A DNA stretch of 64,000 nt. It comes from an uncultured Hyphomicrobiales bacterium. Lineage in GTDB: Bacteria; Bacteroidota; Ignavibacteria; Kapaibacteriales; UBA2268. The stretch lies in NCBI GenBank assembly GCA_964645005.1, contig CAZXYS010000005.1, positions 56,698 through 120,697 of the forward strand, in the 5' to 3' direction. This document shows, one piece after another, positions 1 to 8,673 of the stretch (its first letter is position 1; the number at the start of each line of letters is the position of its first letter). The position numbers were made by a program, and so were the translations under genes. The notes under the pieces are model-generated. The model did not search any database. It had not been told where the DNA came from and saw nothing but the letters and a program-made list of their open reading frames with translations.

Positions 1-1356
1 TCCGGCATCGGGTTGCACACAGGCAACGAGTGCACCATTACCTTCGTGCCGGCGCCTGCAAACTACGGCTATAAATTCGTCCGCACCGATCTCGACAGCG
101 ATCCCGAGATCGATGCTGTTGTGGACAATGTTATCGACTTGTCCCGCGGCACTACTATCGCTAAAAACAGCGTACAGGTACAGACAGTCGAGCATGTGCT
201 GGCGTCGCTTGTCGGGCTTAGAATCGACAACTGCCGCATTGAACTCTCGGCATCCGAGCCGCCCGTTTTCGACGGCAGCAGCAAGGAATATGTCGAAGCG
301 CTGCAGCAGGCAGGCATTGAAGAACTTGAAGAGCCACGCGAATATTTCGTGGTCGAGGAAACCGTCCGCTACACAAACGAAGAAAAAGGTGTTGATATAG
401 TCGCGCTGCCCACAGATGATTACCGTATAACAGTAATGATCGATTATTACAACCCCGCGCTGGGAAGCCAGCATACGGGTCTTTTTGATCTGGACAAGGA
501 ATTTGTATCGGAATTCGCTCCGGCGCGCACATTCTGCTTCCTTACTGAAGTTGAATCACTCTGGAAGGAAGGGCTAATCAAGGGCGGCAATTTGGAAAAT
601 GCAATCGTTATCGTGGATAAAGATATTGGCGACGGCGAGCTTGAAGATATGAAGGATATGTTCAAAATTGACAGCGCACCAGTACGCGGCGACAACGGCA
701 TTCTCAATAACACCGATCTTCGATTTAAAAATGAACCGGCTCGACATAAGCTCCTTGACATGCTCGGCGATCTTTCATTGATTGGAGTGCCTATCAAAGC
801 TCAAATTCTTGCTGCACGACCTGGTCATGCCAGTAATATCGAATTTGCACGAAAGATCAGAAATCTTTACATGAAACAAAAGGAGAAGGAAAGATACCTG
901 GCAGACAAGCCAAAGCCAATCGAAATGGATATTCAAAAGGTGCTCGAGATTCTGCCTCACCGCTATCCGTTTTTGCTGGTGGACAGAGTCCTAGAGTGCG
1001 ATGTCGAGAATAAGAAAATCCTCGCTTACAAAAATCTTACGATGAACGAGGAATTCTTCCAAGGTCACTTCCCCGAAAAGCCTGTCATGCCAGGGGTTCT
1101 AATCCTCGAATCGCTTGCGCAGGCAGGCGGTTTACTTTTATCCCAATTGATCGATCCGGAAGATACACGAATAGCTTTTTTTATGGCAATTAAAAACGCG
1201 AAATTCAGAAAGCCTGTAGTTCCCGGCGACCGGCTTGTTTTAGAGATAGAAGTCACCGGCAAGCGCTTCAATACTTACTCGTTCACAGCGAAAGCTTTTG
1301 TTGACGGTCAGGTCGCCGCCGAATCAGAATTTCAGGCAGCATTGGTGGAAAAATAA
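1..1356 (+). CDS. lpxC/fabZ: Bifunctional UDP-3-O-acyl-N-acetylglucosamine deacetylase / 3-hydroxyacyl-ACP dehydratase (LpxC-FabZ fusion); 5' end outside window
   Basis: Frame is open from nt 1 (SGIGLHTGNE...), so the listed start at 13 is not the real start. LpxC motifs HKLLDMLGDL and ARPGHASN in the N-terminal part. FabZ hot-dog motifs LPHRYPFLLVDRV and GHFPEKPVMPGVL in the C-terminal ~150 aa. Confidence 0.9.
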   Translation, partial: SGIGLHTGNECTITFVPAPANYGYKFVRTDLDSDPEIDAVVDNVIDLSRGTTIAKNSVQVQTVEHVLASLVGLRIDNCRIELSASEPPVFDGSSKEYVEALQQAGIEELEEPREYFVVEETVRYTNEEKGVDIVALPTDDYRITVMIDYYNPALGSQHTGLFDLDKEFVSEFAPARTFCFLTEVESLWKEGLIKGGNLENAIVIVDKDIGDGELEDMKDMFKIDSAPVRGDNGILNNTDLRFKNEPARHKLLDMLGDLSLIGVPIKAQILAARPGHASNIEFARKIRNLYMKQKEKERYLADKPKPIEMDIQKVLEILPHRYPFLLVDRVLECDVENKKILAYKNLTMNEEFFQGHFPEKPVMPGVLILESLAQAGGLLLSQLIDPEDTRIAFFMAIKNAKFRKPVVPGDRLVLEIEVTGKRFNTYSFTAKAFVDGQVAAESEFQAALVEK

Positions 1357-1357
1357 T

Positions 1358-2137
1358 ATGAAAGAAATACAGATTCATCCTAAGGCTCAGGTTTCGGAAA
1401 AAGCAAAAATCAGTGCGGGCGTAGAAATCGGTCCCTACGCTGTTATTGAAGATAATGTGGAAATAGACAAAAATTCGAAGATCAGATCTCATGCAGTTCT
1501 TGCCAATGGTTCACGCATTGGCGAAAATTGCATCATTTTCTCCCATGCTGTCATCGGAACTGAACCTCAGGATCTTAAATATTCCGGCGAGGAAACACTC
1601 GCTATCATTGGCAATAACACCGTCATACGAGAGTTTGCCACTGTAAACAGGGGTACAAAAGCCACCGGATACACCTCTGTCGGCGGCGACTGCCTGATAA
1701 TGACCTATTGCCACATCGCTCATGACTGCCATCTGGCAAATAACATAATTATGTCCAATACCACCCAGCTTGGGGGGCATGTCACCATTGAAGAATGGGT
1801 GAATATCGGCGGTGTTGTAAAGATACATCAATTTTCCAATATAGGCGCTTATTCATTTCTCGGAGCGGATTGTAAGATAGTTAAGGATGTCCCGCCATAC
1901 ACGTTGATTGGCAGGGAACCGCCGCGCGTAGAAGGAATAAACAAAATCGGACTGCGCCGCAGAGGCTTCACCCGCGAGCAGCTCGAGGATATCGAACAAT
2001 TCTACAACATGGTGCTTTATTCCGGTATGAACAATGCGGACGGCATAGCTAAATACAGGGAAACTTATGAAGTCAGCGACGTTATCCAAAGATGTATTGA
2101 TTTTATAAATAATTCCGAGCGGGGAATTTACAGATAA
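1358..2137 (+). CDS. lpxA: Acyl-ACP--UDP-N-acetylglucosamine O-acyltransferase
   Basis: Left-handed beta-helix hexapeptide repeats (IHPKAQVSEKAKISAGVEIGPYAVIEDNVEI...) and C-terminal GLRRRGF motif. ATG at 1358 lies 2 nt after the lpxC/fabZ stop; the listed 1298 start is an out-of-context upstream extension. Confidence 0.9.
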   Translation: MKEIQIHPKAQVSEKAKISAGVEIGPYAVIEDNVEIDKNSKIRSHAVLANGSRIGENCIIFSHAVIGTEPQDLKYSGEETLAIIGNNTVIREFATVNRGTKATGYTSVGGDCLIMTYCHIAHDCHLANNIIMSNTTQLGGHVTIEEWVNIGGVVKIHQFSNIGAYSFLGADCKIVKDVPPYTLIGREPPRVEGINKIGLRRRGFTREQLEDIEQFYNMVLYSGMNNADGIAKYRETYEVSDVIQRCIDFINNSERGIYR

Positions 2138-2268
2138 TATTTTATCGGGTGTGCCCCTTTTCTTTTATTTAGTGCGGCGCATGTGATTAGATGTAAATAA
2201 TACTTAAGCGTTATTCATATTTATTTAAACAAGAAAAAACTATAATCCGTATATAAATCATTTTTACA

Positions 2269-3069
2269 ATGAGAATAGCCCTGGTCATAATTGTTTTCTT
2301 TGTCTCAGTATGTAAATCGTGGTCATTGGAAGAAAATTTACTTTTCAAACCTCTGGCGGCAAATGTCTTCGAGCCGCGAATAGGCGCTATCTATGGAGGT
2401 CAGGACAAAAAGCTGCGGCTGGACATAGGCTATTCTCACGACCTGAAAGAATTCAGTCCGAGTAAAAGCACAAAACTAAGAATCGGTGCCGATTTTTTCA
2501 CATACACAAGGCTCAGATCCGCAGGCAGCTTTAAATTTCCCGTCGAAACAAGCGACTACTTCTTCGGCTTGAACACTACTGCTCGCTCAATAGTAAAGGA
2601 TAATGAATTTTTACTTCGCTTCCGCCTGGCGCATATATCCTCACATCTGGTTGACGGTATGGCAAAAGACAGTATATTTACACGTAACCCCTTCACCTAC
2701 AGCAGAGAATTTATTGACCTCGTAAGTGCTCTCAAGATGCAAGATTTACGTTATTATACGGGAATAACATATAATTTCTCGCTTTTACCCGATGATGCCG
2801 AAACCATTTTTTACTATCTTGGATTCGACTACAGGAAGGAACTTTCAGATATATTTGACTTTGTTGGCGGCGGCGACATCAAGATTTTCTCGATGAAACC
2901 TGAAAATATGAAAAGTCTTTCCGCACAGGCAGGAATAAAATTCAAAACCTGGGACACCGCCGGAATTCTGCTTTCACTCTACTATTACGATGGTAAAAGC
3001 ATTCACGGAATGTTCTACCGCGAAAAAGATTCTTATTTTGGAGTAGGATTTCAGCTAATTTATTATTAA
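2269..3069 (+). CDS. Hypothetical secreted protein, outer-membrane beta-barrel-like (possibly DUF1207-type)
   Basis: N-terminal signal peptide (MRIALVIIVFFVSVCKSWS), alternating aromatic/hydrophilic strands and an aromatic C-terminus (GFQLIYY). Family assignment is from memory of the FEPRIG-type motif only. Confidence 0.55.
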   Translation: MRIALVIIVFFVSVCKSWSLEENLLFKPLAANVFEPRIGAIYGGQDKKLRLDIGYSHDLKEFSPSKSTKLRIGADFFTYTRLRSAGSFKFPVETSDYFFGLNTTARSIVKDNEFLLRFRLAHISSHLVDGMAKDSIFTRNPFTYSREFIDLVSALKMQDLRYYTGITYNFSLLPDDAETIFYYLGFDYRKELSDIFDFVGGGDIKIFSMKPENMKSLSAQAGIKFKTWDTAGILLSLYYYDGKSIHGMFYREKDSYFGVGFQLIYY

Positions 3070-3178
3070 ATTGAAATTACTGGAAAAAATGTCTGTCGTT
3101 ATTAACAATGATTGTTTTTAACTCAGATTTTTTATAGATTAGTTAAATTAAATTTTATGCATTAAGTGGGAGAATAAA

Positions 3179-3643
3179 ATGGCGAAAAGTCTTAACAAAA
3201 TTCAATTGATAGGTAATCTTGGTAAAGATCCGGAAATTAAATCAATACCAAGCGGTGCTCAACTTTGCAGAGTAAGTTTAGCCACTACTGATAGATATAA
3301 AGATCGAAACGGTGAGTGGCAGGAAAATACTGACTGGCATACGGTTGTTTTTTGGGAAAGGTTAGCAGAAATCGCTGCGGAATATCTTAAAAAAGGAAGT
3401 AGAGTCTATGTCGAAGGTAATGTAAAATACAGATCCTTTGAAGGACAGGACGGAAATACTGTTAAACTTACTGAAATCAGGGCTTCAAACATGATCATGC
3501 TTGACAGCAAAGGCAGCACCCCTGGCGGCGGCGGCTACGTCAACGACAGCGGTCCGCAGGAGCAGGACTACAATCAGCCCGATCCCGAAGAACATCTTGG
3601 CGGAAGTGATCTCGGCAGTCAGGACGATGACGTGCCATTTTAA
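3179..3643 (+). CDS. ssb: Single-stranded DNA-binding protein
   Basis: OB-fold N-terminus (LNKIQLIGNLGKDPE...TDWH), Gly/Pro/Gln-rich linker and the acidic tail DDDVPF. SD-like GGGAGA upstream. Confidence 0.95.
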   Translation: MAKSLNKIQLIGNLGKDPEIKSIPSGAQLCRVSLATTDRYKDRNGEWQENTDWHTVVFWERLAEIAAEYLKKGSRVYVEGNVKYRSFEGQDGNTVKLTEIRASNMIMLDSKGSTPGGGGYVNDSGPQEQDYNQPDPEEHLGGSDLGSQDDDVPF

Positions 3644-3814
3644 CTACGGCTTATGGAAAATTTGAAAAACTTTAATAAAACTAAGCATTAAAATCTATGG
3701 ATTTAATGTTAGTCTCTATTAGTATAGTGACTGTCATTGCAAAGAGCGCAGCGACGAAGCAATTTCAGTCAATTATTACATGAATATTCAAAACAAAGAC
3801 AGGTAAGCAGCTTA

Positions 3815-4543
3815 ATGTCTTTCTTATTATTATTTGATATAGACGGAACAATACTGAAGTTCGAATACGGACGATCGCGGATTATCTTTAAGCAAATGCT
3901 AAAAGAAATATTCGACATAGATGTTCATACCGATCATAAGCACATGATGGATTTTTCCGGGAAAACAGATATCAACATACTTATGAATATTGCACATGCT
4001 TACAGCTTAGATTTTGAAGAAGTCAAAGCCAATCTGCCCCAGATCTGGAAAAAAATGGCAGCTATGTTCAAAAAATACTGCAATGAAAAGTATATAGAAT
4101 TAATGCCCGGCATAAAAAATTTGATCGAGAAAATTGAAAATGAAAACGGCATCCAGCTCGGTTTGCTAACGGGGAATTTTAAGGAAAATGCATATCTGAA
4201 GCTTCAGGCACATAAATTACACGGATTTTTCCCGTTCGGCGCTTTTGGGTCGGATCATGAAGACCGCAACCTGCTGCCGCCAATAGCTTTAAAAAGAGCA
4301 AATATTTTCGCCGGACAGGAGGTTTATTCCGCAGATAATACTCTGATAATAGGCGATTCTAAAAAAGATATTGAATGCGCTAAAACTAATAGCATACCGG
4401 TTCTGGCAGTTGGAACCGGATATGAACCCATCGAAGAACTCGAAGCTATGGAACCCGAATTTATAGTCGATGATCTTACTGATTTAGAATATTTTATGAA
4501 AATAATCGACAAATTATCGAACAGGATTGTATCCGATAATTAA
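3815..4543 (+). CDS. HAD-superfamily hydrolase (phosphoglycolate phosphatase-like)
   Basis: Motif I LFDIDGTIL directly after the ATG at 3815; motif IV GDSKKDIECAK. The listed 3737 start runs through an intergenic repeat element (QRAQRRSNF) and is unlikely to be real. Confidence 0.75.
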   Translation: MSFLLLFDIDGTILKFEYGRSRIIFKQMLKEIFDIDVHTDHKHMMDFSGKTDINILMNIAHAYSLDFEEVKANLPQIWKKMAAMFKKYCNEKYIELMPGIKNLIEKIENENGIQLGLLTGNFKENAYLKLQAHKLHGFFPFGAFGSDHEDRNLLPPIALKRANIFAGQEVYSADNTLIIGDSKKDIECAKTNSIPVLAVGTGYEPIEELEAMEPEFIVDDLTDLEYFMKIIDKLSNRIVSDN

Positions 4544-4558
4544 CTCATTATAAATTGT

Positions 4559-5233
4559 ATGAAAAAAATAATAATTGCTATAGATGGACCCGCCGGCTCG
4601 GGTAAAACAACTACCGCCAGATATGTTGCAAAAAAATTAGGTTATCTCTACATCGACACAGGCGCTATGTACCGCGCAGTTACCCTCGCATGGCTGCGTG
4701 AAAATAAGGATATGACCGACGAAGTACTCATCGGCATTATGAATCGCTATCCGATCGAACTAAAGCAGAGCGAATCGGGCCAGCTAACCATCCTCGACGG
4801 CGAAGATGTTAGCGAGGAAATACGTACGCCCGAGGTAACGAAATTTGTCAGTCCGGTCAGCGCTATGCCTGTTGTCCGCGAGAAAATGGTAGAGCAGCAA
4901 CGTCGGATAGGCATGAAAGGCGGCGCAGTTCTGGATGGGCGCGATATCGGCACTGTCGTTTTCCCGAATGCCGAACTTAAAATATACTTGATAGCTTCTG
5001 TTGACACCCGCGCGGAACGCCGAATGATAGAATTAAACGAAAAAGGCTCGCACTATTCCATCGATGAAATTCGAAAGCAGATCATCGATCGTGATAATTA
5101 TGACAGCAGCCGCGAACACAGCCCTCTTCGTAAAGCTGACGACGCGATCGAGATAAATACATCAAATCTCACCATCGAAGGACAAACCGAGAGAGTGTTA
5201 GAGTTAGCACAAAATATTATTTTGCAAAACTAA
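4559..5233 (+). CDS. cmk: Cytidylate kinase
   Basis: IAIDGPAGSGKTT P-loop, YIDTGAMYRA, GRDIGTVVFP. Confidence 0.93.
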   Translation: MKKIIIAIDGPAGSGKTTTARYVAKKLGYLYIDTGAMYRAVTLAWLRENKDMTDEVLIGIMNRYPIELKQSESGQLTILDGEDVSEEIRTPEVTKFVSPVSAMPVVREKMVEQQRRIGMKGGAVLDGRDIGTVVFPNAELKIYLIASVDTRAERRMIELNEKGSHYSIDEIRKQIIDRDNYDSSREHSPLRKADDAIEINTSNLTIEGQTERVLELAQNIILQN

Positions 5234-5342
5234 ATTATTTTTTATATTACGGAAAATATCATTGGATTTTACTGTAAATTATACATTTAATCCAATGGAT
5301 AATCGTTATAATTTATGGATTTTAAAATAACGGGAAAAACAA

Positions 5343-6239
5343 ATGAAAATAAATATAGATGACAGCGCAGGATTTTGCTGGGGAGTTGTAAGAACAATAG
5401 ATATGGCTGAGGAAGAGCTTCAGAAGGACAAAGCGGAAAATGTTTACGTCCTTGGACAGATCATCCACAATCCCCGCGAAACCGAACGACTTGAGAATAA
5501 AGGACTAAAGATCATCTCACACGACGACTTAGACAGCATTTCGGATGAAAATGCAAAAGTAATAGTCCGCGCGCACGGCGAACCGCCATCTACTTACCAA
5601 AAAGCAGAAGAGAATGGTCTGAATCTTGTCGATGCTACCTGCCCATTGGTAACCTCTCTCCAAAAGCGGATTAAAAAGTACCATGACAAAGGATTCCAGA
5701 TTGTAATTTACGGCAAGAGAGAACATCCCGAGATAGTGGGTATCAGAGGCTTCGTCAACGAAGATTGCATTGTGATTCGTACTAAAGAAGAAGCCATTGA
5801 AAGAGTGGACTTCACTAAAAAGACTGCCGTATTCTCGCAGACTACTATGCATCGCGAGGCTTATAAGGAAATTAAGGATTTCCTTGGAGAGCGTATTTCC
5901 GAAGTCATTGACGGCGGCGATCTGAAAGACCACTATCAGGCTAAAAATTCCATCTGCAAAGCCGTTGCCGACCGCTACGGACACCTGGAAGAATTCTCAA
6001 AGCAGAATGATGCGGTTCTTTTCATAGCCGGACGTTCCTCATCAAACGGCAAGGCGCTGTACAAGGTATGCCGCGCAGTAAACGAGTGTACTTACTTCAT
6101 CGAGGACTCCGAAGAAATCGATTATAGCTGGTTCGACGGCGTCGAATCATTGGGGGTCACCGGTGCCACAAGTACGCCGCAGTGGTACCTGAAGCAGGTC
6201 GCCAAAGAGATAGAGAAAAATATGGAACCGGTGGCATAA
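5343..6239 (+). CDS. ispH: 4-hydroxy-3-methylbut-2-enyl diphosphate reductase
   Basis: Cys ligand motifs GFCWGV, ATCPLV and NSICKAV, plus SSSNG near the C-terminus. Length typical of IspH/LytB. Confidence 0.92.
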   Translation: MKINIDDSAGFCWGVVRTIDMAEEELQKDKAENVYVLGQIIHNPRETERLENKGLKIISHDDLDSISDENAKVIVRAHGEPPSTYQKAEENGLNLVDATCPLVTSLQKRIKKYHDKGFQIVIYGKREHPEIVGIRGFVNEDCIVIRTKEEAIERVDFTKKTAVFSQTTMHREAYKEIKDFLGERISEVIDGGDLKDHYQAKNSICKAVADRYGHLEEFSKQNDAVLFIAGRSSSNGKALYKVCRAVNECTYFIEDSEEIDYSWFDGVESLGVTGATSTPQWYLKQVAKEIEKNMEPVA

Positions 6240-6501
6240 CGATAAATACAAAACCAATAATTTTGCTGGAGCAGTACAAATTGTGCTCCTGCAGTATTTA
6301 AATAATCCTCCCCCTATCATTGCTAAAATCCGATTCAGCAATGAATTTTTCCATAAAAATGCACTTTTCCCAATATCATCAATTAACTTTGAAAACCTTG
6401 AATTAATAGCCGTTAGCCATTTACAGTTAGCCGTTAACCTATCTATTAAAACCAGTAATCTTGCATAAATATTTAATCAACCAAAAATCCTATAGTCAAT
6501 G

Positions 6502-6942
6502 TCACACCATCCTGTGAATCACATGTTTCACCACGCCCTGCACGCGGAAAGCCATATAATATTCAATCTCTATCGGCAGGAAATTCCGGTTGGCTGAATA
6601 GAGGTATACCCTGCCGTCGATCTCGCGGTATTTCTTAACGGTCATCTCGCCGTTCAGGGCGGCGATGACGATTTTGCCGTCGCGGGGCTTTTCGTTGGCA
6701 TCTACGACTAAGATGTCGCCGTCAAAAATATTTTCATCTATCATACTTTCCCCGTTAACACGCACCAGATACGTGTCGCCAGGCTTTGGCGCGAGGTATT
6801 TATTCAGGTCGAGGATAAGCTGTTCATTTTGGTCAGGGGATAAACCCGCCGGGATAGCCGCCGGCAGCATAGGCGCTTCGAAATCGTAATGATTCTTCAG
6901 TTCAACTATTTTATTTACCACAAGCTTTTTCATCTTTACCAT
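6502..6942 (-). CDS. UmuD-like S24 peptidase (LexA C-terminal domain only, no HTH), catalytic dyad intact
   Basis: Aligns residue for residue with UmuD: IPAG/LSP cleavage-site-like Ala-Gly, LDLNKYL, VNGESMIDENIFDGDILVVD (Ser nucleophile, codon AGT), EMTVKKY (Lys). Confidence 0.8.
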   Translation of the reverse strand: MVKMKKLVVNKIVELKNHYDFEAPMLPAAIPAGLSPDQNEQLILDLNKYLAPKPGDTYLVRVNGESMIDENIFDGDILVVDANEKPRDGKIVIAALNGEMTVKKYREIDGRVYLYSANRNFLPIEIEYYMAFRVQGVVKHVIHRMV

Positions 6943-6997
6943 ACGTTTTTTAATGAGAATCTTAACAGGGGACGAATCTGATGTTATAATTTCGCCG

Positions 6998-7057
6998 CAG
7001 TTCGACTCCGCTTACTGTGACACTTGTTTTTCTCATCCCGAGCGAAGTCGGAGGATA
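6998..7057 (+). repeat. Composite ~60-nt dispersed intergenic repeat (copy 1 of 2)
   Basis: cagttcgactccgcttactgtgaca...tctcatcccgagcgaagtcggaggata matches 49922-49981 in the same orientation. Shared elements are the core ttcgactccgct and a second module tcatc..gagc.aa.tcg.ag. Confidence 0.7.
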
Positions 7058-7118
7058 GACAAAAACAACTCCTGATCCAATCCCAGCGCTATTATTATCA
7101 ACAATTTTTATGCCGGAA

Positions 7119-7544
7119 TTAAAGCGAATGTATGATCTTCGTTACCACGCCCACCGGTTTAAGGTCCATATACGGATCAATTTTCAGCGGCAGGAACTGC
7201 CCATTCTGCGATTCGAGAAACTTATCGCCGTCAATTTCCCTATAGACTTTCACCGTCAGTGAGCCATCCATCGAGATTACGACAACATTGCCATCCTTCG
7301 GCGGCAGCGAAGTATCCACGATAAGGATATCCCCGTCGTCAATGTCGGCACCCTTCATTCTTGCGCCGTTTACCCGCGCGAAGAAAGTCGCCGCCGGATG
7401 ATCCACCAGAAATTCATTCAGGTCGATATCCGTTTCGATGTCGTCATCTACGGGAATCGGCTTGCCTGCCGAGACAGACATAGTGAACAAGGGCAGCTTA
7501 TGCCCTTCGTGAGGCTGGAATCCGAAAATTTGTGTTATTTCCAT
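7119..7544 (-). CDS. UmuD-like S24 peptidase paralogue with nucleophile Ser replaced by Arg
   Basis: SAG/KPIP cleavage-site-like motif, IDLNEFL, VNGARMKGADIDDGDILIVD (Arg62, codon AGA at 7359-7361, where the paralogue has Ser AGT), SLTVKVY (Lys retained). Confidence 0.75.
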   Translation of the reverse strand: MEITQIFGFQPHEGHKLPLFTMSVSAGKPIPVDDDIETDIDLNEFLVDHPAATFFARVNGARMKGADIDDGDILIVDTSLPPKDGNVVVISMDGSLTVKVYREIDGDKFLESQNGQFLPLKIDPYMDLKPVGVVTKIIHSL

Positions 7545-7603
7545 GGTTATCCCCTTTATGCTTAAAATTCTGTATGTTTCTTATGAGAGCGACCTAAAAC
7601 ATC

Positions 7604-7624
7604 ATTCTTAGCGCAGCTAAGAAT
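7604..7624. repeat. Perfect 9-bp hairpin attcttagc-gca-gctaagaat (member of the short cat..agcg.ag...ga.. hairpin family)
   Basis: Arms are exact reverse complements. Related imperfect versions at 3734-3764, 7033-7057 and 49954-49981. Confidence 0.7.
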
Positions 7625-7705
7625 CCAGCGTAATTAGATTCCTGCATTCGCAGTAATAACATTCATGCTATTCATGACGCCCCAGCGTCATTCATCAAAA
7701 TAAAT

Positions 7706-7726
7706 AAAAAAACCTGCTATAGCAGG
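7706..7726 (-). terminator. Putative rho-independent terminator (minus strand)
   Basis: Perfect 14-nt palindrome cctgctatagcagg (7713-7726) preceded on the plus strand by A7, which reads as hairpin plus T7 on the minus strand. Confidence 0.45.
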
Positions 7727-7763
7727 GCAGGTATCGCATCTTTACTAAAAAGATTAAAATACC

Positions 7764-7793
7764 AAATGCAGTTTAGCCCCCCCTGCATTTTTT
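7764..7793 (+). terminator. Putative rho-independent terminator (plus strand)
   Basis: aaatgcag / ctgcattt 8-bp stem with a C-rich loop, running into a T6 tract. Confidence 0.5.
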
Positions 7794-7892
7794 AAAGATA
7801 TAATTTTTCCTGATATTTTGCAAATTTAGTTTTAAGTTGAATATTGCAAAATTTAAAAAGTACATAAATGAATAAGAAAAAGGCAAGGTTTA

Positions 7893-8615
7893 ATGAATTA
7901 TGACGCGGAAATATACACCGACGGCGCCTGTCTGGGAAATCCAGGACCGGGCGGTTACGGCGCTGTCATCATGGAAAATGACAATCGCGTAGAACTATCC
8001 GGCGGCTTCAGGAAAACGACAAATAACAGGATGGAATTACTCGCGGTGATAGCGGCGCTCAAGTATTTCGCCGGTAGAAAAGGGCTCAGGCTGAAGATAC
8101 ACAGCGATTCCAAGCTGATAATAAATGCTTTCAACCAGCATTGGATAAAAGCATGGAAAAGGCGGGGCTGGAAGAAAGCTGACGGCGATACCGTGCTCAA
8201 CAAAGACCTCTGGCAGGAACTCGCTAAGCTCGAAGAGCAGCATTATGTCACATTCGAATGGGTGAAGGGACACGCGGGCATCGAGGAAAACGAACGCTGC
8301 GACGAACTTTCCAAAGCCGCAGCAATTCAGGACGAACTGCTTCCCGATCCCGCTTACGACGGCGGCAAAGGCAAGAGCATTATCCGGTTCGCCGAAGAAG
8401 AGGCCGCCGAAGCGCTGAAAACCACTACTCTGGCGAGTGAAATACTATCCGGCAAATACCAGGATATATCATTTGCAGTAAAAGAAGACAACAACAGCGA
8501 CAAATGGCTTGAGATAAGCGACAAAAACCCCGCTGCAGCCTCTGCTATAAAGCTTTCCGCAGCAGATGTTGATGAGATATTAGAACTGCTGGGAAGAATG
8601 AAAGACAAATTATAA
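7893..8615 (+). CDS. rnhA: Ribonuclease HI with ~90-aa C-terminal extension
   Basis: IYTDGACLGNPGPGGYG, NNRMEL, HSDS, WVKGHAGIEENERCDELS cover the DEDD active-site motifs. Residues ~151-240 have no resemblance I recognise. Confidence 0.9.
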   Translation: MNYDAEIYTDGACLGNPGPGGYGAVIMENDNRVELSGGFRKTTNNRMELLAVIAALKYFAGRKGLRLKIHSDSKLIINAFNQHWIKAWKRRGWKKADGDTVLNKDLWQELAKLEEQHYVTFEWVKGHAGIEENERCDELSKAAAIQDELLPDPAYDGGKGKSIIRFAEEEAAEALKTTTLASEILSGKYQDISFAVKEDNNSDKWLEISDKNPAAASAIKLSAADVDEILELLGRMKDKL

Positions 8616-8673
8616 GAAAATCTTATTCGTTTTAATAATCTCAAAAGATGATGTAGAATAAATTATCTTTTTT

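Noticed and set aside
3737-3814. Listed upstream start of the HAD hydrolase ORF
   Set aside because: The extra 26 codons (MQRAQRRSNF...) derive from a short intergenic hairpin-repeat element. The HAD motif I (DIDGT) follows directly after ATG 3815.
7545-7700. A LexA/SOS box upstream of the umuD-like genes
   Set aside because: I found no CTGT-N8-ACAG or GAAC-N4-GTTC-type palindrome by eye. The palindromes present belong to the dispersed hairpin repeats, and the SOS-box consensus for this lineage is not known to me, so no regulatory site is claimed.
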